Origin: an uncultured Hormoscilla sp.
GTDB lineage: Bacteria; Cyanobacteriota; Cyanobacteriia; Cyanobacteriales; Desertifilaceae
Direction of reading: 5' to 3'
Assembly: GCA_963921275.4 (NCBI GenBank)
Contig: OZ001293.3
Coordinates: 1,856,001-1,920,000 of the forward strand
Length of the DNA: 64,000 nucleotides
Of the stretch, positions 45,481 to 56,109 are shown one piece after another. A program made the translations under genes and the position numbers. Under the pieces are notes generated by a model. That model was not told where the DNA came from and made no database searches. It worked only from the letters and a program-made list of their open reading frames with translations. Position 1 is the first letter of the stretch; each line of letters starts with the position of its first letter.

Positions 45481-45841
45481 ATGTCAAGTAAAGATTTCAG
45501 TCAACCCATTCGAGAAATTACTGTCCAAGAACTAGCGACCCGTCTGAAAACATCCACCTCAAAGTTACAGCTGCTGGATGTGCGAGAACCCTTGGAAGTG
45601 GAGATGGCCTCCATTGCAGGCTTTGAAGTTCTCCCGAAGAAGTCAATTTTCCGAATGGTCCACACAGATTCACTCTCGCTTCGACAAGGACGCAGAAACG
45701 TTTGTCATGTGCCATCACGGGATCCGTTCCGCCCAAATGTGTCAATGGTTGATAGATCGAGGTTTTACCAAGGTCAAAAACCTGGCTGGAGGGATCGATG
45801 CTTACTCCATACTGGTAGATCGGACTGTTCCCCGCTATTGA
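45481..45841 (+). pseudogene. Rhodanese-like protein, frameshifted near 45638
   Basis: LLDVREP.E in one frame; MCHHGIRS..NLAGGIDAYS in another. Confidence 0.85.
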
Positions 45842-46160
45842 GGAATTGTTCGGGACGATCGGGCTCTACCGTAAATTAGAATAATCATGATTGAGATGCT
45901 ACATAATAATAAAAACAATATATCTTTAGTGATTGTCAAGTAATCAATATGAATAAACGGTAAGTATTATAACTGTAGCAAATGTAAATAGAAAGAAGAA
46001 TAATAGGATAAAAGTATACCAGATAATTAGAGATTAAGATAAAATTAAAATAAAAAAGCTGCTATCTTGAGTAAATAATGCAGGTTTAGCCACCAGTACT
46101 TACCTGGAAGCAGGAGATCGGGCTGGCAATTGCGCAAGAGTAAATAGGGCTGAGACTCAA

Positions 46161-47234
46161 ATGGACTTTAACCTCAATAACCGGCAGCAACGTGTTCTCC
46201 AGGCAACAGTGCGTCAGTACATTGCCACAGCTGAACCAGTGGGATCGAAATCCCTAGTAGAAGAGTATGCTTTTGCAGTTAGCTCTGCGACAATCAGATC
46301 GTGCCTGGGCTTTTTAGAAAAGGCGGGGCTACTATATCAACCTTATACTTCAGCGGGGCGGGTGCCAACCGAGTCGGGTTATCGCATTTATGTGAACCAG
46401 TTGATGACGCCCAATGAAGCCACAGGGAGAGAAGTAGAGAAATTACTACGGGATCGATTGAATTGGGATGACTGGAGTTTTGAAGGATTGCTCAGAGGTG
46501 CGGCTCAAATTCTGTCTCACCTGAGTGGATATATTACCTTGATTACGATGCCCCAGACAAGTAGCACGGGAGTAAATCACGTGCAGCTGGTGCAGGTAGA
46601 TCCGGGAAGGGTAATGTTGATTGTGGTGACGGATACCTACGAAACTCAGTCATCCTTGATGGAATTGCCTCAAGCAGATCCGGGGTGCGAACTGGATGGA
46701 AAAATAGTAGAACGAGAATTGCAGATTTTGTCGAACTTTTTGAACAGCAAGCTGCGGGGCCGATCGCTCGGAGAATTAGCTAAGTTAGACTGGAGTGAGT
46801 TAGACCGGGAATTTGAAAAGTATGCGGATTTTTTGCGGTCATTACTGACAGAGTTAAGCCGTCGCAGTCAGTCGCCAGCTGCTACCCAATTGTGGATATA
46901 TGGTGTCGCTGAGGTGTTGCGGCAGCCATAATTTTCCCAGCTGCAACAAGTTCAGACTCTGCTTCAGCTGTTAGAAAAAGAACCATTACAGCTATTGCCT
47001 TTAATTTTTGAAGACCCGGATGTGGAAGGCACAGGCAGACGAGTGAATGTCTGGATCGGTTCTGAGAATCCCTTGGAACCGATGCGTACCTGTACCCTGA
47101 TTTCCTCTCCCTACTGGAAAGGTGCAGTACCTGTCGGGAGTGTAGGGGTTTTAGGACCAACTCGGATGGTGTATGAAAATGCGATCGCAGTAGTTGAAGC
47201 CACTGCTGATTATCTCTCGGAAGCTTTAAGTTAA
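46161..47234 (+). pseudogene. hrcA: Heat-inducible repressor HrcA with in-frame TAA at 46929-46931
   Basis: [30 protein letters not shown] (QPEF expected); GVLGPTRM.Y follows in the same frame. Confidence 0.92.
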
Positions 47235-47238
47235 TGAT

Positions 47239-48177
47239 ATGAGCACGTCAAAAGTATTGTCTGGTTTAATGGGTGTCTGTGTCGGCGATGCCTTAGGAGT
47301 GCCAGTGGAATTTACCAGTCGCGCCGCGCGACTACAGGCACCCGTGACAATGATGATCGGTTATGGTACTTATAACCAACCTCCCGGGACTTGGTCAGAT
47401 GATAGTTCCCTGACTTTGTGCTTGGCCGACTCTCTCTGTCAGGGGTTTGATTTAAGAGCGATCGGTCAATCTTTTTGTCGCTGGTACAATGAGGCTTACT
47501 GGACTCCCCACGGCGAGGTATTCGACATTGGCGGTACAACCTGCGATGCTATTGAAAGTCTGCTAGAGGAAGTTGCACCTGTGGAAGCGGGCGGGACTGA
47601 TGAATGGAGTAATGGCAATGGTTCGCTGATGCGAATTTTGCCCCTTGCTTACTATCACCAAACCCTCGATTTTCCAGAATTAATGCAGCGGGTGCATGAC
47701 TGTTCTTGCATCACTCACGGTCATGCCCGATCGCAAATCGCTTGCGGCATTTATATTAGCATAGCCGTTTGTTTGCTGCAAGGGTTAGAACCAAAATCAG
47801 CGTATCTCCAAGGGATTGAAAAGGTCAAAGAAATATATTCACCAAGAAAGTATGCCATAGAAATGTATCGGTTTGAACGAGTAGGCAGTGGCACGATCGA
47901 TAGTTTATCAATGGATGAAATCAAGTCAGGAGGCTATGTAATAGATACTCTAGAAGCAGCGCTGTGGTGTTTGTTAACAACATCTGACTATGCCGAAGCA
48001 GTCTTGAAAGCAGTGAACTTGGGAGACGATACCGATACGACGGGTGCTGTAACGGGTGGTTTAGCAGGAATTTACTACGGGGTAGAAAACATTCCCACAG
48101 AATGGATCGAACAAATTGCGAGAAAAGATGATATTATAGATTTAGCAAATCGTCTAGAAGCAGCAATCTACGGTTAA
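47239..48177 (+). CDS. ADP-ribosylglycohydrolase family protein
   Basis: GDALG, WSDD, GNGSLMR, ITH, GDDTDT motifs. Confidence 0.93.
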   Translation: MSTSKVLSGLMGVCVGDALGVPVEFTSRAARLQAPVTMMIGYGTYNQPPGTWSDDSSLTLCLADSLCQGFDLRAIGQSFCRWYNEAYWTPHGEVFDIGGTTCDAIESLLEEVAPVEAGGTDEWSNGNGSLMRILPLAYYHQTLDFPELMQRVHDCSCITHGHARSQIACGIYISIAVCLLQGLEPKSAYLQGIEKVKEIYSPRKYAIEMYRFERVGSGTIDSLSMDEIKSGGYVIDTLEAALWCLLTTSDYAEAVLKAVNLGDDTDTTGAVTGGLAGIYYGVENIPTEWIEQIARKDDIIDLANRLEAAIYG

Positions 48178-48192
48178 CTAATATCTCAGCCT

Positions 48193-48411
48193 ATGAAAGC
48201 TATCAAAGTTATGGGAACGATTGATGATGGAGGACAACTGGCGTTAGATGAGCATTTGTCAATAGATACAAACCAGGATGATGATGACGAACCCAAAACG
48301 CAAATTCTGGAGGATTTTCGGCAAGCATGGCACGAAGCAATGACCGGTCAAACAATTCCAGTTGCCCGACTGTGGGAGGGAATTGACGATGACCTCCGAA
48401 CCCTTAATTAA
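48193..48411 (+). CDS. Small hypothetical antitoxin-like protein; partner apparently lost
   Basis: MKAIKV.GTID..GQL...FRQAWHEAMTGQTIPV..LWEGID pattern common in cyanobacteria. Confidence 0.55.
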   Translation: MKAIKVMGTIDDGGQLALDEHLSIDTNQDDDDEPKTQILEDFRQAWHEAMTGQTIPVARLWEGIDDDLRTLN

Positions 48412-48712
48412 GGTCGGTGTTATATCTCAGGGCTTTAAGGTAACAGTTGAGGGACAGGTGGGGAGGAGATCGGGTCTTTGGATGTAAGCTTGTGTTAATC
48501 TATTTTATCTGACTGTCCCGCAAAGCAGGATTCATTCCCCGATGGTGGGCGGTGCCCACCCTACTTGCTTGCCGTGCGATCGCTCTTCCCACAATTCTAC
48601 CATAGTCCTTGCGGTTTGACAAAGTCGGCGGTCTGCGATCGCAGAAGAGAAGATGACCACCGCCGCCAATCTTGTGCTAGACTAGAGATAAAAGTATGGA
48701 GTTGATAGAGCT

Positions 48713-49465
48713 ATGGTTGCAAGTAGCAAGCCCGATGTACTAGAAGATCGGCAAAAGTTACTTTTGAGTGATGAACCGCCCTTGGAAACAGAACGCCATC
48801 TCAATCAAATCATGCTGTTACTGTGGTGCCTGAAGTGGTGGTGGCGCTCGCGCCCGGACGCACCACCTTCCCGACGCAACAATTTCTATGCAGCAGGAAA
48901 TTTGACTATATATTACAGTCCTCGTCAGCGCCGGAACGAGAACTTCCGGGGTCCAGATTTTTTTGTAGTATTAGACACGGAGTACAGGGAACGTACAAGT
49001 TGGGTAGTGTGGGAAGAAGATGGCAAGTATCCAAATGTGATTATAGAAATGCTATCCGACTCGACTGCCGAAACGGATAGGGTTACCAAGAGAGAACTAT
49101 ACCAGAATGTATTCAGAACGCCGGAATATTTTTGGTTTGATCCCTATAGCTTGGAGTTCCAAGGATTACGCCTTTCTCAAGAGGGAGAATATGTGGAGAT
49201 AACACAGAATGAGCGGGGGTGGATGTGGAGTGAACAGCTAGAATTGTATTTGGGAATAGTAGAAGAAAAACTGAGGTTTTTGATGGCAACGGGGGACTTG
49301 GTTCCAGATCCTACAGAATCATCTATCCAAGAAAGGCTAGAGAAAGAAGCAGAACGCCAACGGGCCGATGCAGAACGCCAACGGGCCGATGCAGCAGAGG
49401 TAAAATATGAAAGGTTGCGCAGTCAGCTACAAGAACGTGGGATAGATTCCGATGAATTCAATTAG
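48713..49465 (+). CDS. Uma2-family protein
   Basis: GPDFFVV, WEEDGKYPNVIIEMLSDST, PEYFWFDP; AERQRAD tail. Confidence 0.92.
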   Translation: MVASSKPDVLEDRQKLLLSDEPPLETERHLNQIMLLLWCLKWWWRSRPDAPPSRRNNFYAAGNLTIYYSPRQRRNENFRGPDFFVVLDTEYRERTSWVVWEEDGKYPNVIIEMLSDSTAETDRVTKRELYQNVFRTPEYFWFDPYSLEFQGLRLSQEGEYVEITQNERGWMWSEQLELYLGIVEEKLRFLMATGDLVPDPTESSIQERLEKEAERQRADAERQRADAAEVKYERLRSQLQERGIDSDEFN

Positions 49466-49579
49466 GAGCCGATCGCCCTTTTGTCATGGTGCTTCCAGCG
49501 GTGATGACAACTTAATTCCTTGCCCCCGATCGCCCATATAATTCTACTCTAGAACTTGGGGCGATCGGATAGAGTTAAT

Positions 49580-50109
49580 CTATTTCATCGCTTCCAGCAC
49601 TTCATATAAGGGTAAATCAACACGGCAATTTGTTCTGCTGTTAAACCGATTTTGGTTAACTTAGATACAGTATTTAATTTAGTTGCACGCCAAACATTCT
49701 CCACCGTTGCATTGGAATCTATTGTCTTTTGTAGATTTGATTCAGTATTTACCGCATCCCGGTTTTATAATTTGGCGGTTTCGGAATTATTGCAGAGATT
49801 AATATTATCAACACGAACATGATTTCCTATTACAGGGGACTGATAATTTGCGATTCCTAAACGTTCGATTGTGGCGGACAAATTAAATTTATTTAAATCT
49901 TCGCCAAAAATATCTGACAAAACTTGCTAGAGTTCGTATCCCTTATCCTTCGCATGACCAGTGGTGCATTTATACGTTTCTGCGATTTCTTCGTACTTCT
50001 GGCCATTGAGGGATCCCTTCAAAATTTCCATTTGCAGACTATCCAGGTGCTTCCCAGTTTGCTGGAAGACCAAATCATCGATCGACTTTAACACCGTTTG
50101 CCAGTCCAT
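49580..50109 (-). pseudogene. Pseudogene with N-terminal HTH-like domain of cyanobacterial NTPase/NB-ARC-type proteins
   Basis: GKHLDSLQ..IL.G...KYEEIA...GYEL*QVLS..FGE (W codon to TAG); further stops. Confidence 0.65.
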
Positions 50110-50399
50110 CCTCGCGATGACTCCTCCGAAACATCTACTTATCCGCCATTATCCGTCATTATCCGTCATTTTTGCATTTTTTAAGATAATTTTCGTATTT
50201 ATCCGTCTTTTTCCGACTTTTGCCTATTTCCCCTGCAAGGAACTTCCGAAATTTCTAGCTATCCGCCATTATCCGTTATTTTCACATTTTCTTAAGAAAA
50301 TATCCGTCTTTTTCCGTCTTTTTCCGTCTTGTCGATATTGAGACGACCAGGTGATAATAAGAATAGGAGTTGCGTATGTTCCTAAATAGATCGATGCTG

Positions 50400-50560
50400 G
50401 CAAGTTCTACAGGTGTAGCGGCGGCGTCAGCGCTGGATATAGCGGTACACCGAAGCAGTCCGCACCCAAGACGTGACATTTTGTATAGGTCCGGCGGGAA
50501 CGGGGAAAACCTATTTAGCCGCAGTTCTGGTGTTCCAAGCATTGCTAAATAATCAGTGCG
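50400..50560 (+). pseudogene. PhoH-family ATPase fragment
   Basis: [17 protein letters not shown]alker A segment only. Confidence 0.75.
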
Positions 50561-50584
50561 TAAGTTTCAAAAGGTTAAATGACA

Positions 50585-51717
50585 ATGAAAATTGTCAAGA
50601 CAATCACAAGCAGACTGTTTGTTGGTTTTACAGCTTTGGCCTTAATAGTTGGTTATTCACCTAAAGAAGTAAATGCACTAACAGGAAACGGAGGTAGCAC
50701 AGGTTGGAATAGAGTGGTGCGATGAGTTCTAGCCTAACGTGGTCAAACACGGAACGCTAGCCTAGGAAACTAGGAACTCTGGTAATCATGGGGGTTAAAT
50801 TCCCCCTCCCCAAGTACGGGGGTAACACCGGTCCTCGGTGCTGCGGAATAACATCACCGTGGTGCTAAGCGAGAACTTAAATGTAGGATAGCTAGCAGCC
50901 ACGGCTGGCGACTCCGCTAGGAAAGGTGTCCAAGGTTAGAACAAGCGAACCTATGTAAGCCTCGTCAGCCAAAACCGGCGAAATAAGGCTTTATGCGCCG
51001 GCACAAAAGTAGCCGTAGCTAGTGTTAGTTATCACTCCTGGCTAACAACGTACTCAAATAGCTATCGGGGTATAGTAGGAACCTAAAGGCATCGCGCTCC
51101 GGAGACCAGGGAACGAAGTAACCCCTCGCGAGCTGTCCGTCAGGACCAGTCAGATGTGAAGCGCAAGCCGCGAGCGGGAGAGATGGCCTAAGAAGCAAAT
51201 GCCCGGGGCAATACTTGGGATACGCAGACGTAGGTCGGTGATAGTAGGAAGTCTCGGATGAAAGTATCTCTAAATGTCATAAGCCCGTCACTGTTAATGA
51301 TTCCGAATGAATTGAAAGGGGAGAAATTGTAAGGGACAAGGGACAATAGGAGTAATCCTTATTAATCCTGCCAGTGGCAAAATGGCCTACTACCCAGTAG
51401 CCGGATGCGGTGAAAGTCGCAAGTCCGGTTCCGAATGGGAGGGTTGGTACGCGAGTACCAGCTCGACCCCTACTAGTACCACAGATGAGCAAAGTTGTGC
51501 GCAGAAAGCTGTACAGACAATGAACTGGTTGGTAGAGCAAGGAGAAATCCAAACCCTTACTGGTTCGAGTTCACGCTTTAGAAAAGGAAATAACGTCATT
51601 TTCAATGTTGTTTGCAGTCGTAATAGTGAAGTAAGGGTTGATGTTATTTGTTTTAATAGTTGTGACAAGGACACTTTTCGCCTTCGCTCTAGAATAGATG
51701 CACTTATGAATTGGTAA
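50585..51717 (+). CDS. Intron-split 124-aa secreted hypothetical protein (exons 50585-50716 and 51475-51717)
   Basis: Exon 1 is exactly 44 codons with a signal-peptide-like N-terminus; in frame with exon 2 after intron removal. Confidence 0.82.
50717..51474 (+). ncRNA. ORF-less group II intron 3 (758 nt)
   Basis: GTGCG start; DV AGCCGGATGCGGTGAAAGTCGCAAGTCCGGTT; DVI ending CCCCTACT; EBS1 CACTC matches exon end GAGTG. Confidence 0.93.
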
Positions 51718-51754
51718 AGAAAATCATTTTTTTTCAAAAGATTACAACAGAAAG

Positions 51755-51990
51755 ATGTGTTCAGAAACCCGGTTTCTTTATAAATGCGCGAAATGCGCGA
51801 TCGCCCCAAAATCAGAAACCGGATTTATACGATAACTTTTCCCTCACTACTGAAATATTTGTTCAGAAACCTGGTTTCTTTCGCTACCCGATCGCGGCCA
51901 GAAACCGGGTTTCGGCAATAAATTTGTTTGGCATCAAAACCGCAAGATTTGTTCAGAAACCCGGTTTCTTTAGCTACCCGATCGCCCGCC
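51755..51990. repeat. Cluster of AGAAACCCGGTTTCT palindromes paired with HIP1-like sites
   Basis: Five copies here; similar clusters at 22720-22750, 23545-23660, 24755-25085, 26155-26265, 57823-57850. Confidence 0.8.
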
Positions 51991-51999
51991 GTCAGTGAG

Positions 52000-52550
52000 T
52001 CACCAGCGTCGATTAATTCCATAACTATCAAATTTCGGATCTGCACTAATGATTTCCATGTTTTCTGCGATCGCCTGTGCGATGAGTAGTCTATCGAACG
52101 GATCGCGGTGATGCAAGGGCAGTTTTGCCACAACAGTGAGATGCTCAATTATAACGGGCAGAACTTCAATGCTGTTCAGGGTCAGTTGTTTTGGAATAAA
52201 TGTTTCATAGGCATCTGGCAGGGTCAATTTTTTGAGATTGACCTTGATGGCAATTTCCCACAAGCTAGCAATACTGAGCAATATATCAATATCAGATTCC
52301 AATAGCTCGGCGGCATTGTTCCTCAGATTGGGATGATCGTTGATAAACCATAGAAAAGTATGGGTATAGCAGTTCTCAGATTAGTGTGATCTGCTGTCGG
52401 AGATTGCTAGCCCTCCTGGCGTCGGGCCGCTGCGCGAACGGGGGGGGTAACTCATCAAGCATAAGTTACTCGCTAGTCTACCCCCCTCGCAATGACAAAT
52501 AGGCGATACCACATCAATTTGAGAAACGCTATATCGATGAGTATTTTCAT
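52000..52550 (-). pseudogene. VapC/PIN toxin interrupted by a MITE
   Basis: MKILID|THTFLWF restored by removing 52367-52533; SIASLWEIAIK, HHRDPFDRLLIAQA. Confidence 0.9.
52367..52531. mobile_element. 165-bp MITE, TA target duplication (IS630-like behaviour)
   Basis: TA|TAGCAGTTCTCA ... TGAGAAACGCTA|TA. Confidence 0.85.
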
Positions 52551-52774
52551 TCCATATATTCTCGAAAATATTCTAGTGGCTCATCAAAGTCGGGAGCCAT
52601 CTGGATCTGTCCTTTGGCACTTCCTCGTTGCCGCCGTTTGGCAGGAGACCCGAATTGAATCAGTTTAAGGATGGGTTGATTGTCACGGGTGATGATAATT
52701 TCCTCACCCCTCAGAGCAAATTGAAGAAGCTGACTAATTTGGACTTGAGCCTCAGTGATGTCAACCTGTTGCAC
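52547..52774 (-). CDS. Phd/YefM-like antitoxin
   Basis: GEEIIITRDNQP...GSAKGQI.MAPDFDEPL; ATGA overlap with toxin. Confidence 0.85.
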   Translation of the reverse strand: MQQVDITEAQVQISQLLQFALRGEEIIITRDNQPILKLIQFGSPAKRRQRGSAKGQIQMAPDFDEPLEYFREYME

Positions 52775-52785
52775 GATCTAGCCTC

Positions 52786-52986
52786 CTATTAATTATACCG
52801 CAAATATTTGTAATCGTAGTTGCTGGCAAATTAAATTTGTCCGCTTAAATCCAGTATATTCCGCTTTTTGCGGGTGCGGATCAGTTCTTACAAAGCAAAT
52901 TCAATCAATTCTTTTTCTGTCTTGAAGTTGGTTAAGCGCAATCCTTCTTGAACCAATTATTCATTAATTTAAACATTAGTTGCCAT
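52786..52986 (-). pseudogene. VapB-like antitoxin pseudogene
   Basis: MATNVKLNE*LVQEGL...KELIEFAL*E...NILDLSG..YDYK with three stops. Confidence 0.6.
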
Positions 52987-53376
52987 AGTCAATAGTTAAT
53001 TCAATTATCTAATTATGGCACGATCGCGCTGCAACCGTCAACCTCGCCCAACTCTCCTAACTCCTCCCCATGGAGGGCAGCTTTCTGCACACAAAGTGCC
53101 CCACTACCGACATCTTAGGGCAACTCGTCCTTTACGGCATCGCCAGCGAAAATCCAGGAGGTAATGGGCTATGACCGGTCAATCCCTTGTCGTGTCCAGA
53201 AAGTAGAACGAAACAGCCCTGTCGCTTCATCCAATCTATCCTGACTTGGCTGCAACGCACAATTTTATAAATTTAATCCCTCTCATCACCGGTTAAAATA
53301 GAAACACCAACTGATGATTACGCCCATCCATATTTTTGGCGCTATAATGTAGGTAATCAATTACAGCAAACAAGCG

Positions 53377-53565
53377 ATGGCTGAAATTACCCTAGACGAA
53401 ACCAAACTCAAAGAATTGTTCAAAGCAGCAATTCTTGAGTTACTGCAAGAACAAAAAGAAGAGTTTTCCGAATTTTTAACAGAAGCCCTAGAATATCTAG
53501 GGATGAAAAATGCGATCGCGGAAGGTGAAAATACCGAAACAGTCGGGAGTATATCAATTTTGTAA
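53377..53565 (+). CDS. Small hypothetical antitoxin-like protein, 3' end disrupted by an insertion
   Basis: LKELFKAAILELLQE..EALE..GM.NAIAEG; insertion 53545-53652 flanked by GAAACAGTC. Confidence 0.6.
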   Translation: MAEITLDETKLKELFKAAILELLQEQKEEFSEFLTEALEYLGMKNAIAEGENTETVGSISIL

Positions 53566-53784
53566 TCTAGCCCGCACAGGCGGGCTTTGTATCTGTAGCC
53601 CGACCCTTTAGGGTGAGGGCAGTGGTCGCAATTGCAAAGCGTGAGATGTACCGAAACAGTCAGCCGCCATTTTTGGAAATGAAACAGTTCTGTCCCAAGA
53701 CTCCCACCTCATCCAATCTATTATCAATTAGCTGCAACCGACTAGCAGCCTGAATTGGCAAACCCTACTTAATCGTAACCCCTT

Positions 53785-53991
53785 ATGACTCAAACCATTG
53801 ATTTTACCGGACTCACTCCCGAACAAATCTTACAGATTTATGAGATGATAGAGACATTTCGCGCTCTCAATAGACATCAGCACCCATTAACAGAGTCGGA
53901 AATATTAAAATTCGATCCAACTCCGTTATTTTTTGAAAGCGAAATTCTCCAACCCTTTAATCGTAGCACGCTCTATGGCAACAGAACCTAA
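53785..53991 (+). CDS. Putative antitoxin
   Basis: Small ORF overlapping the start of a PIN gene. Confidence 0.6.
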   Translation: MTQTIDFTGLTPEQILQIYEMIETFRALNRHQHPLTESEILKFDPTPLFFESEILQPFNRSTLYGNRT

Positions 53992-54424
53992 ACGAATGTA
54001 TCTCGACACCAACGTTCTCGCCTACGTTGTCAATACTAAAGCACCTCAACACAGGGCAGCATTGGAAGTATTGAGACCCAGTGAAACAGAAATTATCTGC
54101 GTTTCATCCCAGGTTTTAGCAGAATTTTATTCCTATATTACCAATCCTGCAATCTTAGCCAAACCCCTAGAGCCAAGGGAAGCCATTAGCCGCATTAAAA
54201 GGATTTGCCAGATGCCTCATGTCTGCTTGCTCTCAACTACTCTTGATCTCTTTGAACGTTGGATGACTTTACTCCAAGAACGACCCGTGACTAATGGAGG
54301 AATTTTTGATTTACTTCATATTGCGATTATGTTAGCACATCAAGTCACCAGGATTTACACCTTTAATGTCAATGACTTTTCTTGGTGTTCCCAAATTGAA
54401 GTCATCGACCCCAGTCAACTTTGA
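53975..54424 (+). CDS. PIN-domain (VapC-like) toxin
   Basis: YLDTNVL, QVLAEF, IFDLLHIAIML, IYTFNVNDF. Confidence 0.88.
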   Translation: MATEPKRMYLDTNVLAYVVNTKAPQHRAALEVLRPSETEIICVSSQVLAEFYSYITNPAILAKPLEPREAISRIKRICQMPHVCLLSTTLDLFERWMTLLQERPVTNGGIFDLLHIAIMLAHQVTRIYTFNVNDFSWCSQIEVIDPSQL

Positions 54425-54496
54425 AAATCCACTAAAATACAAATAAATGGAATAAATTATTTGTTCTATTAAGGACTTTCTCAACATAAATAACCT

Positions 54497-54697
54497 TCAT
54501 CTTACTTGTCTTTGTTGCTTATAATCATAATCTTCTTCATAGTCGATAGTACTAAACAAGTCCAACAGTTTCAGTTGTTGGCGACGTTGAATGTATTCGC
54601 GCAAAGCCTCTTCTATTAATTGATTAACTGTTGAATGGTTGCTCAAAGCCAGGGCTTCTTCGAGTAGTTGTTCGTCAATTTGAAGGTAACTTACCAT
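54497..54697 (-). CDS. VapB-family antitoxin (orphan)
   Basis: IDEQLLEEAL...EEALREYIQRRQQLK..DLF.TIDY.EDYDYKQQR. Confidence 0.8.
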   Translation of the reverse strand: MVSYLQIDEQLLEEALALSNHSTVNQLIEEALREYIQRRQQLKLLDLFSTIDYEEDYDYKQQRQVR

Positions 54698-54929
54698 GGG
54701 TTTTTTATAGCAAGTAATGGATGAAAAAAACGATCGCCCGACTACCATCCTCAAGTGCCAGGTCCACCCTTAAATGGACCAACAATATCGCTAGTGCGCC
54801 AACCGCCGTAGAAATCTCCAGCTTGCGCCTGCACCAGTTCGCCATCAACATAGCAAGCGTCCATCATTTGCGCATAAAAAGCCAAATAGCCCTCGATCGA
54901 TGCAAAGGATGGCGTCGGATTAGGATAAT

Positions 54930-56014
54930 CAGTCTGCTAACAGTACGTCCGATCAAGATTGCGATCGCGGGAGAAGTGAACAGACCAGGTTCGTACTCAG
55001 TAGACTTAAACAGAAACCAAAGTGTTAACATACCAACAGTAACGGGTGCGATCGAACTGGCAGGGGGATTCGCAGTCGGCGGATATACGTCGCATTCAGG
55101 TACGACGTACCCGACCATATACAGGGGAAGTGCAATCTTTTTTGAAGTCTGCTGAAATAATCACAGTAGATCTGTGGCAACTGTTGCAGAAGGCAGACTT
55201 AAGTCAAGACATAATACTGCGAGACGGAGACAGCATATTAATACCCACGATCGCCAGCGTCAACCTGGATGAGACCCCCCAACTGGCAGTAGCAAGCTTT
55301 GCCACGAACACCGGTCGTGCCCTGAACATAGCGGTGGTAGGAGAAGTAAAGCGTCCGGGTTCCTATACCCTCAGCAACAGTCAAAGCACCAAGGCGGCAA
55401 CTGTCACCCAAGGCATTCAAGCAGCCGGAGGGATCACCCAAGAAGCAGATATTCGCAACATACTGGTGCGCAGACGCACAAAATCAGGCTCAGAGCAGCT
55501 TGTAGAAGTCAATTTCTGGAATCTATTACAGACTGGAGACCTGCGCCAGGATTTGCCATTGCAAGAAGGAGACACGATAGTAGTCGCCAGGGCAAAGGAA
55601 ATGAGTCCCGATGAAGTGACAGAACTAGCAACAACAAGCTTCTCATCAGAGACGATAACGGTCAATATTGTAGGAGAAGCAATACGATCAGGGGCAGTAG
55701 AGGTGCAGCCGAATACACCACTGACCCAGGCGCTACTGGCAGCAGGAGGCTTTAATAGCGATGCGCAAAAAGGGGTTGTGGAACTAATTCGCCTCAACCC
55801 GAACGGTACGGTTTCCAGACAGACATTGCCCGTAGATTTTAGCCAGGATCTAAATGAAGAAAACAATCCAGCATTACGCAACAACGACACAATCGTAGTC
55901 AAGAAGTCTGGGACGAGAAAAATTGCAGATGCTGTCAACCCAATATTTAATATATTAGGTACGTTGGTGGGAATTTTCGCAATCCCCAGAAGGATAGATG
56001 ACTTGTTCGATTAG
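54930..56014 (+). pseudogene. Polysaccharide export protein (Wza/SLBB repeats), 5'-truncated and frameshifted
   Basis: GEVxRPGSY, AAGGIT..ADIR, LQEGDTIVV repeats; frameshift near 55070. Confidence 0.8.
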
Positions 56015-56109
56015 ATGAGATTACAACTAAATTCGCAGTGAAGGGCGGATTTGACAAGATGGTGTCAGAGATTTGTTGGGAAAAGACTGTAAACTAATAG
56101 ATATAAATC

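Noticed and set aside
44614..49930. Stop-codon reassignment suggested by several in-frame stops
   Set aside because: Stops replace different expected residues (E in hrcA, W in the HTH-like gene), and TAA/TAG end intact genes normally
51382..51474. N-terminus of the 111-aa ORF 51382-51717
   Set aside because: It is intron domain V/VI sequence; the real 5' part is exon 50585-50716
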